NCBI GenBank assembly: GCA_015490755.1
Contig: WFXF01000041.1
Span: forward strand, 2 to 64,001
From: Gammaproteobacteria bacterium
GTDB lineage: Bacteria > Pseudomonadota > Gammaproteobacteria > JAADGQ01
Length of the DNA stretch: 64,000 bases
Reading direction: 5' to 3'
Shown: positions 16,267 through 26,724 of the stretch, one piece after another
How the letters are laid out: every line of letters begins with the position of its first letter
Numbering within the stretch: position 1 is the stretch's first letter
Notes under the pieces: generated by a model
Seen by the model: the letters and a program-made list of their open reading frames with translations, nothing else
Databases searched by the model: none
Told to the model about the DNA's origin: nothing
Program-made: the position numbers and the translations under genes

Positions 16267-16889
16267 CCTTTTGACATTTCTTCTTTGATTCTGCGCTGGA
16301 GATCAAGTATCCAGATCGCGGCTTTTTTATCTTTCTTGGTAGAGAGCTCCTGGTAGCGTTTGTAATGGTTGACCGCTTTTTTTAGGTCACCCATATACAG
16401 GTCGTAGAGAATCCCCAGATTTATATGAGCATTGGCGTAGTCTTTATCGAGTTTAAGTGCTTTTTGATAAGCGGATTCAGCCTCACTGAAACGGCCATTC
16501 TCTCTGTATAAAATACCGAGTTGATTATAAACAAGAGGGTTATTTTTATTGAGTTTAATTGCTTTTTTATATTGCTTTTCCGCATCTTCATAGCGCCCAT
16601 CCCGAGCATAAATAATACCCAGGTTTGCATAAGGGCCGGCAAAATCAGGATACTTTTGGGTCATTTCAGTAAATAACTTTTCAGCTTTTCGGTAGTTTTG
16701 TATTTTCATCGCTTTTTGAGCACGTTTAAAATCACGTTCGGCTTCGGGCGAAGTTTTTGTATTTTCTGCCGAGGTCGGTGCTTGTGCTGCTGTTTTTGAT
16801 GTGGGTGCAGTACTACAACCTGCTAATCCAGTAAAAAGCAACGCCACAAGCAGTAGTGGTTTAATGTAAGTAGTTAATAGCTGTTTCAT
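16263..16889 (-). CDS. TPR-repeat lipoprotein
   Basis: Lipobox LAGCS followed by 4-5 TPR units (YANLGIIYARDGRYEDAEKQYKKAIKLN...). Confidence 0.65.
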   Translation of the reverse strand: MKQLLTTYIKPLLLVALLFTGLAGCSTAPTSKTAAQAPTSAENTKTSPEAERDFKRAQKAMKIQNYRKAEKLFTEMTQKYPDFAGPYANLGIIYARDGRYEDAEKQYKKAIKLNKNNPLVYNQLGILYRENGRFSEAESAYQKALKLDKDYANAHINLGILYDLYMGDLKKAVNHYKRYQELSTKKDKKAAIWILDLQRRIKEEMSKG

Positions 16890-19674
16890 TTTGTTCAGGC
16901 TTCTTATAACGTGCAGGCATTAATGTGCGTAGTGCCGAAAAGCTTTTCTCTATCCATTGATTGTATAGACCTTGTTGTGTTCTGTTAATGTTTTGAATAT
17001 GTGCTTCAATGGCTTTTTCTTCAAAAGGAAAAGCCTGTTCTTCTAATAAAATATCGTATTGTTCCAGCTCTTCTGCGCTTAAATTTCGGGGTCGCTGCGA
17101 GTTTAACAAGGCTTGACTGAAATCGTAATAAATATTGGCAATATTGTAGGCGGCTGCCGTTGTAGTATCTGCAACGGAGTAATCGGCAATTTGTCTATAG
17201 GCATTTAAGCTTTGCTGCATGTATCGTTTCTTTTTATATAAATTGTCTTTGAGTGGCTCTGTCAGTTTGATGCTCTGATAGGAAACGAGTGTTGATTTTG
17301 CCAATGTGAGCGCTGCTTGTGCTGCAAGATAACGGGTTCTCTCTGTACGTTTTTTTCCTGCATTTTTGTCTGCTTCAACTATTTTTTCAAGCCATCTTTG
17401 GTGAGCTTGCCGGTTTTCGCCATTACTAAAAAGCGCTGCAATTCTATTGTGCGCTTCAATAGCTTGCTCGAAAGGCTCGGGGTAGAGTGTGATATAGCGC
17501 TCATAAATCATGATTGCATCCTGTTTTTGACCACTTTTTTGATATAAGTCTGCGGTTAGCCATAATGCTTCTCGCTCAACTGTGCCGCCACTTTTTGTGA
17601 TATCACTAAACTCTTTTGCGGCTTTAAGGGGGGATCCACTTTCCATGTAAGCTACGGCGAGTTTGCCGGATACTTCATTTTGCAGGGGGTGTCTGGGGTA
17701 GCTCTGGCGAAAAGTTTCCAAAATACGGATGGCATTTTTCCAGTCTTTAAGAGCCAGGTAGCTGGCTGCGATATCAAAAGTTGCGGTAGCAATGATGGAT
17801 GTGGCGCCGGGGGTGGTACGTTCAATGCGTGAATAGTGCTTGATAGCATTGCGATATCTATGTTGCTTGTGTTGAAGTTCACCCTGTTTGTATATGCTGG
17901 CTGCCAGCCGTTCGTTTAGTTGTTGCCTTTTTTTGATTGCTTCTGGAGGAAGTTGTTCAAATATTTTTTTGTAGGTGGTTTCAGCTTTGGCGTAGTTTTT
18001 CAGGTCAAATTGAGAGTGAGCGATCACAGTAAGCGCTGTGTACTTTAATTCGGGTTTTAACTGGGCTTGTTTGTCAAGGATTTTTTGAGCTGCATTAATA
18101 GCGCTTTCATATTCACCTGATGCGTAGAGCTGTTCTATTGCTTGAACGGTTACTTGTGTTACCCGTGGATCCTGGGGAAATGTTTGAGTGAATCGTAATG
18201 AGCTTAGAGCGGCTTTGCTTTCCCATTGCGATTTTTGTTGGTATCCCAGGGTGTTTTTATAATATTTGTGAGCAAGTAGTGCGGCATAACCGGCATCAGC
18301 AGAGTTTTTGTGAGTAGGGTAGTTGTAGGCTGTTTTTTCATATTCTGCAATAGCTTCTTTGTAGCGTTTGCTTTCAAAAAATAATTCTGCCAATAAAAAA
18401 TTAACGGTTGCTGTTTTGCTGTCACCAGGAAAGTTGCGAATAAATAGTTGATACCAATGTATTGCCTGGCGAACTGCTTCTGGGCTATCTGTTTTTTGTG
18501 CAATGGAGTGATAGTGTTGTGCGAGCTCCTCTGTGTTGGATTTCAGGTCATCCATAATTTGGTGGCGTGCCGATTGGTTACGATCCGTCCAGTAATCACT
18601 GTTGATATCATAGCGTGTGACAAAATCTATTTTTGTGGAGAGAAGTTTGTTGCTGAGCCCTGCCTGTCGATAGACTTCAATCTTTTTTGCAAAGAAACGC
18701 GGAGTATGGATGCTGTATGGGGATTGGTTGATGAACATGTCGTAGGTTTGTGCGGCTTTCTCTGCCTGGTACTGTTTTAAGTATAAATCACCCAATAGAG
18801 AGTAAAGGCGGAATTCATAGTCACGACGACCTTGCTGGCTAAAAAATTGATTGATTGATACGGCACCATTTTGGTAAGAAAAACTGGAGGCAAGAACCTG
18901 GAAAATATCATCGACTAACTTTTTATCAGCATCTTTTGCAAGTGAAGCAATGGACCATAATAGCGATGTGTCTGTATCAAACAGAATGATGTCGAGGAGC
19001 TTGATAAACGATTTTTGTGCAGAGTGATATTGGCCCCATTTAAATTCACTCCAACCGTGTTTATAGAGTGCTTTTTCATAAAAAATAGAAGATTTGCCTA
19101 ATCGAATGATTTTTTTATAGGCATGTGCGGCTTCCTGGTATCGGGTGAGCGTAAATAGTGTATCACCGAGTCGGAAGTAGGCTTCTGCTGTATATTGGCT
19201 GTTGGGTCTTTTTTCTATCAGCATTAGAAGGGCTTGCAGGCTTTTGATCAGTTCGCCATTGATGTCGTATGCACGAGCCAATTGGTAAAATACAGTGTCC
19301 AGATGTTTGTAGTCAGGGTGATTTTTTATCAGTAATTCGTAATACTTTATGGCTTGGTAGGATGATGTTTCAGCATCTGGATTGAGCGCAACTTTTTCTT
19401 CCGTTTTTTCAAGTTCAAGGTCAGCCAGGCGGCGCATTGCACCTGGTCTTTTATGGCTGTTTTCAGTAAGGTCAAGATAGGCCTGGTAGTATTGGATTGC
19501 TTTGTTTCGTGATTCGACTGGGGTGATATTTTTATTAATTCTGAGTGGCTTATTGAACAGGGTCAGTTCGTTCATGCTTTTTGTATTGTTGGAAGTGCCG
19601 CTTTTTTGTTTAATCGGACTCGTGCAAGCAGTTAATATAATAATCAGGCACAAAACCAGGGATAGCTTTTTCAT
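16861..19674 (-). CDS. Large TPR-repeat lipoprotein (937 aa)
   Basis: Lipobox LTACTSP and many TPR-like repeats. Confidence 0.65.
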   Translation of the reverse strand: MKKLSLVLCLIIILTACTSPIKQKSGTSNNTKSMNELTLFNKPLRINKNITPVESRNKAIQYYQAYLDLTENSHKRPGAMRRLADLELEKTEEKVALNPDAETSSYQAIKYYELLIKNHPDYKHLDTVFYQLARAYDINGELIKSLQALLMLIEKRPNSQYTAEAYFRLGDTLFTLTRYQEAAHAYKKIIRLGKSSIFYEKALYKHGWSEFKWGQYHSAQKSFIKLLDIILFDTDTSLLWSIASLAKDADKKLVDDIFQVLASSFSYQNGAVSINQFFSQQGRRDYEFRLYSLLGDLYLKQYQAEKAAQTYDMFINQSPYSIHTPRFFAKKIEVYRQAGLSNKLLSTKIDFVTRYDINSDYWTDRNQSARHQIMDDLKSNTEELAQHYHSIAQKTDSPEAVRQAIHWYQLFIRNFPGDSKTATVNFLLAELFFESKRYKEAIAEYEKTAYNYPTHKNSADAGYAALLAHKYYKNTLGYQQKSQWESKAALSSLRFTQTFPQDPRVTQVTVQAIEQLYASGEYESAINAAQKILDKQAQLKPELKYTALTVIAHSQFDLKNYAKAETTYKKIFEQLPPEAIKKRQQLNERLAASIYKQGELQHKQHRYRNAIKHYSRIERTTPGATSIIATATFDIAASYLALKDWKNAIRILETFRQSYPRHPLQNEVSGKLAVAYMESGSPLKAAKEFSDITKSGGTVEREALWLTADLYQKSGQKQDAIMIYERYITLYPEPFEQAIEAHNRIAALFSNGENRQAHQRWLEKIVEADKNAGKKRTERTRYLAAQAALTLAKSTLVSYQSIKLTEPLKDNLYKKKRYMQQSLNAYRQIADYSVADTTTAAAYNIANIYYDFSQALLNSQRPRNLSAEELEQYDILLEEQAFPFEEKAIEAHIQNINRTQQGLYNQWIEKSFSALRTLMPARYKKPEQNETAINYLH

Positions 19675-20657
19675 TGCACCGCTCCTGAGGTGCGTCCAGC
19701 TTTTTTGTCATATATATGAGCCGTTGCGAGATAGGCTTCGGCCAGGTAGTTGTTGAGCTGATCTTTTTGTTTTTTTAATATTGAAATTGCCGATTGATTC
19801 AGGGTATTTGCGTGTGTTTTCCGGGCAGCTTGTGCTTTTTTATTGAAACTTTTGACTTCCAGCTGAAAAGAGTTGCTGGCTAATAGGGGAACCAGGAAAT
19901 AATTGATGTAAGGTTTAAATAGAGTGCTTGGCTGAATAGTTCCTGTGAGTATTGCATTTTGGCTGTTTAGATCAGTGATTGCAGATTCCAGTGTATGGAT
20001 GGCATTCTTGTACTGCTCGATTGCATATTGGTACTCGCTGAGTGATGAATCATAAAAACCTAGTTTAAATAACAGGTCTGGAATTAAATAAAAGGATTCC
20101 AAAACAGCGCTGCTAATTGGTTGCTTTTGCAGTATAGACCATGATTCAAGTGCTTGCTGGTATTGTCTGAGAGCGAAATCTGTTTGGCCGGCACCGAGCA
20201 GTGCTTCGCTATAGAATATACTGTAGGGCGGAATTTCAATGAAGTGTTTTTTAGCTAAAAATGGTTTTTTATATTTGAGCAGGATTTGGCCTAATGTGAG
20301 ATGGGCTCTGTTTTTTAGGGCGCGTTGTTCGTCATTGTGTGCGGTTCGGTGCGCAACATTCTCTAACAGTGCAATGCCGCTTTTAATTTTTTGATGCTTA
20401 ACCAGCGCAATGCCAAGGTTATAATGTCCATAGACCGCCTGAATTGTACTTTGATCCATGGTGGAAAGTACTTTAGCTGCTTGTGAAAGCTGGTTTTTTT
20501 GGATGAATGAATTGATCTTTTGGAGCTTTGTAACTCCTTCTGCGCTGCTGGTGGAGCATAGAAGCAGTAAAAGGCAGAGCAAAAGCAGGCCACATTGATT
20601 CGGTTTTTTGAATGGTTGAAGTTTGCACATACGCATTTCAGTATGTTGTTTTCCCAT
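19671..20657 (-). CDS. Secreted TPR-like protein
   Basis: Has a signal peptide and helical repeats, and overlaps the downstream gene. Confidence 0.5.
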   Translation of the reverse strand: MGKQHTEMRMCKLQPFKKPNQCGLLLLCLLLLLCSTSSAEGVTKLQKINSFIQKNQLSQAAKVLSTMDQSTIQAVYGHYNLGIALVKHQKIKSGIALLENVAHRTAHNDEQRALKNRAHLTLGQILLKYKKPFLAKKHFIEIPPYSIFYSEALLGAGQTDFALRQYQQALESWSILQKQPISSAVLESFYLIPDLLFKLGFYDSSLSEYQYAIEQYKNAIHTLESAITDLNSQNAILTGTIQPSTLFKPYINYFLVPLLASNSFQLEVKSFNKKAQAARKTHANTLNQSAISILKKQKDQLNNYLAEAYLATAHIYDKKAGRTSGAVQ

Positions 20658-20755
20658 TTAATAGCTATATTTTCATCTTGATTAACTCAGTCCGTTGGGA
20701 GTGACAGCTTAATAATAACGGTTTTTTTTCAAGAAAGTTTAGTGAATACCAGATG

Positions 20756-22042
20756 TTAGCCATTAAGTAATAGCCGTGTTGTTTCAATTTCACTGCGGGC
20801 TTCAACAAGAACTTCCAGACTTTTGGCGGGGCCCTCCTCGCTGATGGGTAGTTTCTGAAAAGCGGGTGTATCTATTATGGCGGGAAGGTTGGCTGCCTGA
20901 GGTGTGCCAAAGTAGCTATGAAGTTGAGCGACGATAACAATATCATTGTAATCAGGATCGCCACCTGAATCTCTTTGCCAATTTTCTGCTTCTAATGGAA
21001 CGGAAAGTAATTCGGAAGGAAACTCCCATTTACGCAAAATCATTGCGCCAATTTCTCCTCGAAGCTGGTCAATAACATGATCAAGGGAGTTGCTATCTTT
21101 GGTCAGATCAGGGTAGCGCTCAGCGTAACCGAGTATTGCAAGTGTGCCAATATCATGCAAAAGCCCACCTAACATAGCTATTTCGGGGTTAATATTCTTG
21201 ACTGATTTAGATAATATAGCGCTTATTGAAGCAACATGAGTGCTGTGATGCCACAGCGATTTCATACGTTTGGTGATTTGTGGAGATTTTGATTTGAATA
21301 ATTGTTGCAATGAAAATGTTGTGACAATATCCCTGACAGTTGTGGAACCTAAGCGTATGATTGCGGATTTGCAATCTGTAATTGAATTGCCGGCTTGATA
21401 GAGTGGGCTTTTGGCAACATGAATCAGTCGGGTGGCAATTGCTGGGTCAGATTGAACAATTTTCGCAATATCGTTTGCACCCTTGTCGGGGTCTTGTATG
21501 GCTTGGCGAATATGTAAGGCGACATCAGGCAAGCTGGGGAGTTCCAGTTTATCATCAAGGCAATCCTTATTTATCTGTGCGAATAATTGATTTTCCGCGA
21601 CTGCATTCTCTGCAGATAACTTTTCGTTTTCTAAAATTTGAGTTGATACAGATGAATCACCATGAGCCTTCTTGTATATGCTTTCAAGAAGGGATGACTT
21701 TACCCGTATAAGTTTTGCATCCGTCTTTGTTTTAACTGGCGTATTATTTGCGGTGCGCCCAAAAATGGGAAATAGTGCTGACTCAGTGCCGCCAATGATA
21801 GTTTTAACTTCACCGTTACTATCAAGCCGTTCGGCAGTGCCTGTGATAATGAAAAAATCATATGTATTGCTCTGGTCTTTCTGCTGTAACTGAAAACCTG
21901 CTGGGCGTTCCATGAATGTACACTTTGATGCAAACTGTTTTGCTTCATCACGTGATAATTTGTTGATGGGTTTTAAAGTCAGAAAAAAGTCCAGTGTAAT
22001 TTTAGGTTGCGCTGTAGTTGTTGGCATGCTGTGACTATCCAT
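20756..22042 (-). CDS. HDOD-domain signalling protein with an N-terminal cNMP-binding-like domain
   Basis: The C-terminal HDOD motif region (LGGLLHDIGTLAIL) is present. The start is probably the Met in MDSHSMPTT. Confidence 0.6.
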   Translation of the reverse strand: MDSHSMPTTTAQPKITLDFFLTLKPINKLSRDEAKQFASKCTFMERPAGFQLQQKDQSNTYDFFIITGTAERLDSNGEVKTIIGGTESALFPIFGRTANNTPVKTKTDAKLIRVKSSLLESIYKKAHGDSSVSTQILENEKLSAENAVAENQLFAQINKDCLDDKLELPSLPDVALHIRQAIQDPDKGANDIAKIVQSDPAIATRLIHVAKSPLYQAGNSITDCKSAIIRLGSTTVRDIVTTFSLQQLFKSKSPQITKRMKSLWHHSTHVASISAILSKSVKNINPEIAMLGGLLHDIGTLAILGYAERYPDLTKDSNSLDHVIDQLRGEIGAMILRKWEFPSELLSVPLEAENWQRDSGGDPDYNDIVIVAQLHSYFGTPQAANLPAIIDTPAFQKLPISEEGPAKSLEVLVEARSEIETTRLLLNG

Positions 22043-22156
22043 GTTGAATATGTAGTTTACTGATATGAATATCGGAAGAAAATTGTTTGAGCTTAGGTAA
22101 GATTGAAAAAATATATAGAGGGGAAGTTTATCGTGCATAATCAGGGCGATGCGCAA

Positions 22157-22882
22157 ATGCTTATGGGGAAGGCCGTTGTTATATCGGGGGCAAGTAGCGG
22201 AATTGGCCGTGCAGTTGCGCTTGAAATTACAAAGCAGGGCGGGATTCCTTGCTTGATTGGGCGGCGTATTGAGGTATTAAAAGATGTATTGCTTGAGGTG
22301 CATAAATCTATGCCTGATGCTCAATGTTATGAGGTGGATTTAACTGATGACAAGGAGCTTGATAACTTATCGAAGCAGTTGCAAAAAAACTTTGGTGAGA
22401 TTGATATGTTAATACACTGCGCAGGCGTATTCGCTATGGGGACGGTGGAAGCAGAGCCGGTAGAACGACTGGATTGGCAATATCAGACAAATGTAAGGGC
22501 ACCCTATTTATTAACGCAATATTTGCTTCCTTCCTTGAGGCGACAACAGGGTCAGATTGTTTTTGTTAATTCAACGGCGGGTTTGGCTGCAAAAGCAGGG
22601 CTTTCACAGTATGCGGCAAGCAAGGCTGCATTAAAATCGATTGCAGATGCACTTCGAGAGGAGGTAAACCAATATGGAATTCGAGTGCTTTCTGTTTATC
22701 CAGGGCGTACAGCAAGTCCGATGCAAGAGGCAATTCATGAGATGGAGAACCGCAGTTATGATAGTGCGCGCTTAATGCAGCCCTCAGATGTAGCTGAAGT
22801 AATTGTTCATGCGCTTTGTATGCCGCGAACAGCAGAGGTGACTGATATTACTGTTCGTCCAATGGCCAAGCTTCATGGATAA
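22157..22882 (+). CDS. SDR-family short-chain dehydrogenase/reductase
   Basis: VISGASSGIGRA is the TGxxxGxG motif, and YAASKAALKS is the YxxxK motif. Confidence 0.8.
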   Translation: MLMGKAVVISGASSGIGRAVALEITKQGGIPCLIGRRIEVLKDVLLEVHKSMPDAQCYEVDLTDDKELDNLSKQLQKNFGEIDMLIHCAGVFAMGTVEAEPVERLDWQYQTNVRAPYLLTQYLLPSLRRQQGQIVFVNSTAGLAAKAGLSQYAASKAALKSIADALREEVNQYGIRVLSVYPGRTASPMQEAIHEMENRSYDSARLMQPSDVAEVIVHALCMPRTAEVTDITVRPMAKLHG

Positions 22883-23010
22883 ATTCCAAATGGCAGGAAA
22901 ATATTTTTAATGAAAGTTTTTTTGTAGCTGTAAGGTATAGGGGCGTGATTTTTATAGTTAAAATTTTAAATAAATTATACCCCATAAATTGTCACGTCTA
23001 TCGCATGTTT

Positions 23011-23026
23011 TGTGAAGCAAGTCACA
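23011..23026. promoter_or_regulatory. Perfect CRP-family palindrome TGTGA-N6-TCACA about 190 bp upstream of ccoN
   Basis: TGTGAAGCAAGTCACA read directly from the sequence. Confidence 0.35.
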
Positions 23027-23213
23027 AGCTTGCACCCCCATCTAAAATCAAGTACGCTCCTTTCTCGACACCTCAATATATAAAAGGTTCCTGAGCGTTT
23101 TGGTATGTTATACCTTGATGCAAAAGCAGCCATTATATGTGGGGGTTGGCGGGACTTGCGATTATTGGAAATAATCTTGTTGATTACAGCCAATTCGTCG
23201 GGTCTATTCTTCT

Positions 23214-24665
23214 TTGAAAACAAAAATGGAGGGAGGTTACGTGTCTGCTATCACAACAGATGAAAAGACATACAACTTCGATATCGTTAGAGCATTTACC
23301 ATCTGTGCCGTTGTGTACTTGGTGGTAGGCGCGCTTGTTGGTGTCTATATTGCCTCAGAGCTGGCTTGGCCTGCACTGAATTTAGATAACCCATATTTGA
23401 CTTTTGGCCGTTTACGACCATTACATACAAATGCGGTTATTTTTGCTTTTGGCGGATGTACTTTAATGGCCACCGCGTTTTATATTGTTCAACGTACATG
23501 TCATGTACGGTTATGGAGTGATAAGTTAGCCTGGTTCACTTTCTGGAGTTGGAATTTCGTTATTGTATGTGCAGTGGTCACATTGCCTTTAGGTTTTACC
23601 CAAGGTAAAGAGTATGCCGAGCTGGAGTGGTGGATCGATATCATTATTGCTGTTTCATGGCTCTCTTACATGATCAACTTCATTATGACTTTGGTGATCA
23701 GAAAAACATCTCACATCTATGTGGCCAATCTGTTTTTCCTGGGGATGATGATCATGATCACTTATCTGCATGTTGTTAACTCTGCAGCCATCCCTGTTTC
23801 ATTGATGAAATCGTACTCTGCTTATGCAGGTGTTCAAGATGCGATGATTCAATGGTGGTATGGTCATAATGCAGTAGGTTACTTCCTGACAGCAGGCTTT
23901 CTTGGAATCATGTATTACTTCGTTCCCAAGCAAGCGAATATGCCAATCTTTTCATACCGTCTGTCAGTATTGCATTTCTGGGCTTTGATGTTCGGGTATG
24001 CGTGGTTAGGTGCGCATCATCTGCAATATACAGCTCTTCCTGACTGGACCGGGTCTTTAGGTGCGGCCATTTCAATCGCGATGATCATTCCTTCATGGGG
24101 TGGTGCTTTGAATGGTCTATTGACTCTTTCCGGGGCATGGCACAAGCTACGTGATGATTATATTCTTCGCTTCTTGATCATATCTCTGGCTTTCTATGCA
24201 ATGTCTACCTTTGAAGGGCCAGTGATGTCAATCAAGACTGTTAATGCATTGTCCCATTATACTGACTGGACTGTGGGTCATGTTCATTCTGGCGCACTGG
24301 GTTGGGTTGCAATGGTATCTTTTGGTGCTATCTACCATATGGTGACACGTTTATGGGGTCGTGAAATGTATTCTGCGGCTTTAATGAATGCCCACTTCTG
24401 GCTGGCAACAATCGGTGCTGTTATCTACATCTGTGCGATGTGGGTGTCTGGCATTATGCAGGCGTTGATGTGGCGTGCGACAGATGAGTATGGCAACCTG
24501 GTTTATACTTTTGTTGAGTCTGTTTCTGCAATGCACCCATTTTATGCAATGCGCGCAATTGGTGGAGCACTCTTCCTGTTAGGCGGTATTCTTATGCTCT
24601 ATAACATTGTGATGACGATTCGCAGTGCTAAGGGTGAAACAAATATGGCAACAGCCAACGCATAA
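23214..24665 (+). CDS. ccoN: cbb3-type cytochrome c oxidase subunit I
   Basis: 483 aa, 12 TM segments, heme-copper oxidase motifs. Confidence 0.9.
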   Translation: MKTKMEGGYVSAITTDEKTYNFDIVRAFTICAVVYLVVGALVGVYIASELAWPALNLDNPYLTFGRLRPLHTNAVIFAFGGCTLMATAFYIVQRTCHVRLWSDKLAWFTFWSWNFVIVCAVVTLPLGFTQGKEYAELEWWIDIIIAVSWLSYMINFIMTLVIRKTSHIYVANLFFLGMMIMITYLHVVNSAAIPVSLMKSYSAYAGVQDAMIQWWYGHNAVGYFLTAGFLGIMYYFVPKQANMPIFSYRLSVLHFWALMFGYAWLGAHHLQYTALPDWTGSLGAAISIAMIIPSWGGALNGLLTLSGAWHKLRDDYILRFLIISLAFYAMSTFEGPVMSIKTVNALSHYTDWTVGHVHSGALGWVAMVSFGAIYHMVTRLWGREMYSAALMNAHFWLATIGAVIYICAMWVSGIMQALMWRATDEYGNLVYTFVESVSAMHPFYAMRAIGGALFLLGGILMLYNIVMTIRSAKGETNMATANA

Positions 24666-24679
24666 GAGGAGAGGATTCA

Positions 24680-25345
24680 ATGGCTCATAATAGCAATGAA
24701 AAAATGTCTTTCCAGGAAAAGACCGAAACGAATGTCTGGCTCTTGGTTATTTGTTTGGCATTGGGGCTGTCAGTCGCTGGTATCGTAGAGATTATGCCTC
24801 TAAGTTATCTTGACAGTACCTATGAAACTCTGACTGAGGAAGAGGATGGTATTCGTCCTTACACTGCTCTCGAACTGGAAGGTCGTGACGTTTATATTCG
24901 TGAAGGGTGTTATACCTGCCATTCACAAATGATTCGCCCTTTCCGTGATGAGAAGCAGCGTTATGGACACTACTCTTTAGCGGTTGAATCAAAGTACGAT
25001 CATCCATTTCAATGGGGATCAAAACGTACTGGACCTGATTTGGCGCGTGTTGGTGGTAAATATTCAGATGAGTGGCACTATCAGCATATGATGGATCCGA
25101 AGTCTGTTGTGCCTGAAACAGTGATGCCAGCTTATCCGTGGTTAGCAACTGCAGATTTGGATCATACGATGACAGCAAAGAAAATGGCCGCCTTGTCCAT
25201 GGTTGGGGTTCCCTATACCCAGGCAGATATGGATGGTGCAGCTGATGCGGTTCAAGGTAAAACAGAGATGGATGCCATAATCGCTTATTTGCAGGTGCTG
25301 GGTACGATGGTAAATTTCCAGGAAGGAAAGGATTACCGTCAATGA
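24680..25345 (+). CDS. ccoO: cbb3 oxidase subunit II (mono-heme c)
   Basis: 221 aa with a CYTCH heme-binding site. Confidence 0.9.
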   Translation: MAHNSNEKMSFQEKTETNVWLLVICLALGLSVAGIVEIMPLSYLDSTYETLTEEEDGIRPYTALELEGRDVYIREGCYTCHSQMIRPFRDEKQRYGHYSLAVESKYDHPFQWGSKRTGPDLARVGGKYSDEWHYQHMMDPKSVVPETVMPAYPWLATADLDHTMTAKKMAALSMVGVPYTQADMDGAADAVQGKTEMDAIIAYLQVLGTMVNFQEGKDYRQ

Positions 25346-25563
25346 TTGAATCCGTGAAAGAGTATTTTCACACGGATTGGGCAGCTATGACCGATACCGA
25401 CTGGTTCGGTCTGGTGGCCGTCATTATCCTGAGCGTTTTGATGCTTATTCTTTATATTTATGTTTTTAACCCTAAAAATAAAGATAAGCTTGAAAGTCAT
25501 CGCGATTTTGTATTGAAAGATAACTCGACTGTTGGAGAGGATAACCATGGCAGAAAAAAATAG
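25342..25563 (+). CDS. ccoQ: cbb3 oxidase subunit CcoQ
   Basis: 73 aa with a single TM segment, located between ccoO and ccoP. Confidence 0.7.
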   Translation: MIESVKEYFHTDWAAMTDTDWFGLVAVIILSVLMLILYIYVFNPKNKDKLESHRDFVLKDNSTVGEDNHGRKK

Positions 25564-26398
25564 CCAAAACCAGGTGCCTGATACCGGACATGAGTGGGAC
25601 GGTATTCGGGAATTAACTAACCCACCACCACGTTGGTGGACAATCGCTTTTTACCTAAGCGCAATTTGGGTAGTAGTGTATTTTATAATTTACCCGTCAA
25701 TTCCTTTGGCAACTGACCATACTAAAGGAGTGATTGGCTGGACAGCGATTGGTGAGTATAAGGAGGCAGTAGCAAAGAATGACGCAATTCGTCAGCCTTA
25801 TCTTGATAAGTTAGAGACAATGAGTGCTCAGGAAATCATTAATGATCCTGAAATGCTTAATTTTGCTAACTCATCTACCAAAGCACTGTTTGGTGATAAC
25901 TGTGCTGCTTGTCATGGCTCAAATGGCCAGGGCATAGCCGGTATGTTTCCTGTATTACTTGATGATGACTGGTTGTTTGGTGGCACTGTTTCAGATATTG
26001 CCACTTCAATTGCCAGTGGTCGTAAAGGTAATATGCCTGCACATGATCTGGATGATGCCCAAATCAACCTTTTGACTGACTTTGTGATTGCAGCCTCAAC
26101 AGGGCAGGCAACACAGGAAGGTTGGGATGCTTATCAGGCTGCTGGTTGTTTTGCTTGTCACGGTGCTGATGCAAAAGGTAATAAATGGATGGGTTCAGCG
26201 AACTTGACTGATGCTATCTGGCGTTTTGGCAGTGATCGTGAGTCTGTGATGCGCACAATCAAGTATGGTGTTAACCAAGATGGTGTTGACGGAACTCAGA
26301 ATGGTGTTATGCCCGCATTTGGTGATAAGCTTTCTGAAAACGATATTAAATTGTTAACCGTTAAAGTCTGGTCTCTTGGTGGAGGTCAGTCGGAGTAA
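25547..26398 (+). CDS. ccoP: cbb3 oxidase subunit III (di-heme c)
   Basis: Contains two CxxCH motifs (CAACH and CFACH). Confidence 0.9.
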   Translation: MAEKNSQNQVPDTGHEWDGIRELTNPPPRWWTIAFYLSAIWVVVYFIIYPSIPLATDHTKGVIGWTAIGEYKEAVAKNDAIRQPYLDKLETMSAQEIINDPEMLNFANSSTKALFGDNCAACHGSNGQGIAGMFPVLLDDDWLFGGTVSDIATSIASGRKGNMPAHDLDDAQINLLTDFVIAASTGQATQEGWDAYQAAGCFACHGADAKGNKWMGSANLTDAIWRFGSDRESVMRTIKYGVNQDGVDGTQNGVMPAFGDKLSENDIKLLTVKVWSLGGGQSE

Positions 26399-26410
26399 TC
26401 CATGACCGTA

Positions 26411-26449
26411 AAAAAGAGAGGGGGATATCCCCCCTCTCTTTCTAAAAAT
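26411..26449. terminator. Strong palindromic hairpin (GAGAGGGGGAT / ATCCCCCCTCTC) flanked by A- and T-rich runs; a candidate bidirectional terminator after ccoP
   Basis: An 11-bp near-perfect stem read directly from the sequence. Confidence 0.5.
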
Positions 26450-26468
26450 AAAATTTTAGGAGGTTCAT

Positions 26469-26579
26469 ATGGACGCAGTTGTAATTGGTGCAATTCTTAC
26501 TGTTGTAGCTTCAGTGATTATTGTTGCGTACCTGTTTATTAAGGGGTATAAATTAATAAACGGGGATTCAGATAAATAA
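26469..26579 (+). CDS. Unannotated 36-aa single-TM small protein (MDAVVIGAILTVVASVIIVAYLFIKGYKLINGDSDK) between ccoP and ccoG
   Basis: An AGGAGG sequence lies 5 nt upstream of the ATG. The ORF has a hydrophobic core and a charged tail, and sits between two hairpins. Confidence 0.45.
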   Translation: MDAVVIGAILTVVASVIIVAYLFIKGYKLINGDSDK

Positions 26580-26601
26580 TTCTGAAGATTTGTGATTTGT
26601 C

Positions 26602-26630
26602 AAAGGGGCATTTTTGCCCCTTTGCTGTTT
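26602..26630 (+). terminator. Hairpin AAAGGGGCA-TTTTT-TGCCCCTTT followed by a T-rich stretch
   Basis: Read directly from the sequence. Confidence 0.4.
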
Positions 26631-26724
26631 ATGTGCTTTTAAAATGTCAGCTTTGTTTGAGGTGATATTTTAAAAGTTTGTGGCGATGTATGTTTTATTT
26701 TAAGTATGCAATGGAAATAGATGT

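Noticed and set aside
22975-23223. 82-aa minus-strand ORF in the ccoN upstream region
   Set aside because: It overlaps the promoter and CRP-like site of ccoN and has no homology signal; it is likely non-coding.
26591-26606. TTGTGATTTGTCAAA upstream of ccoG as an FNR box
   Set aside because: The two halves are not reverse-complementary when checked base by base; only the adjacent hairpin is real.
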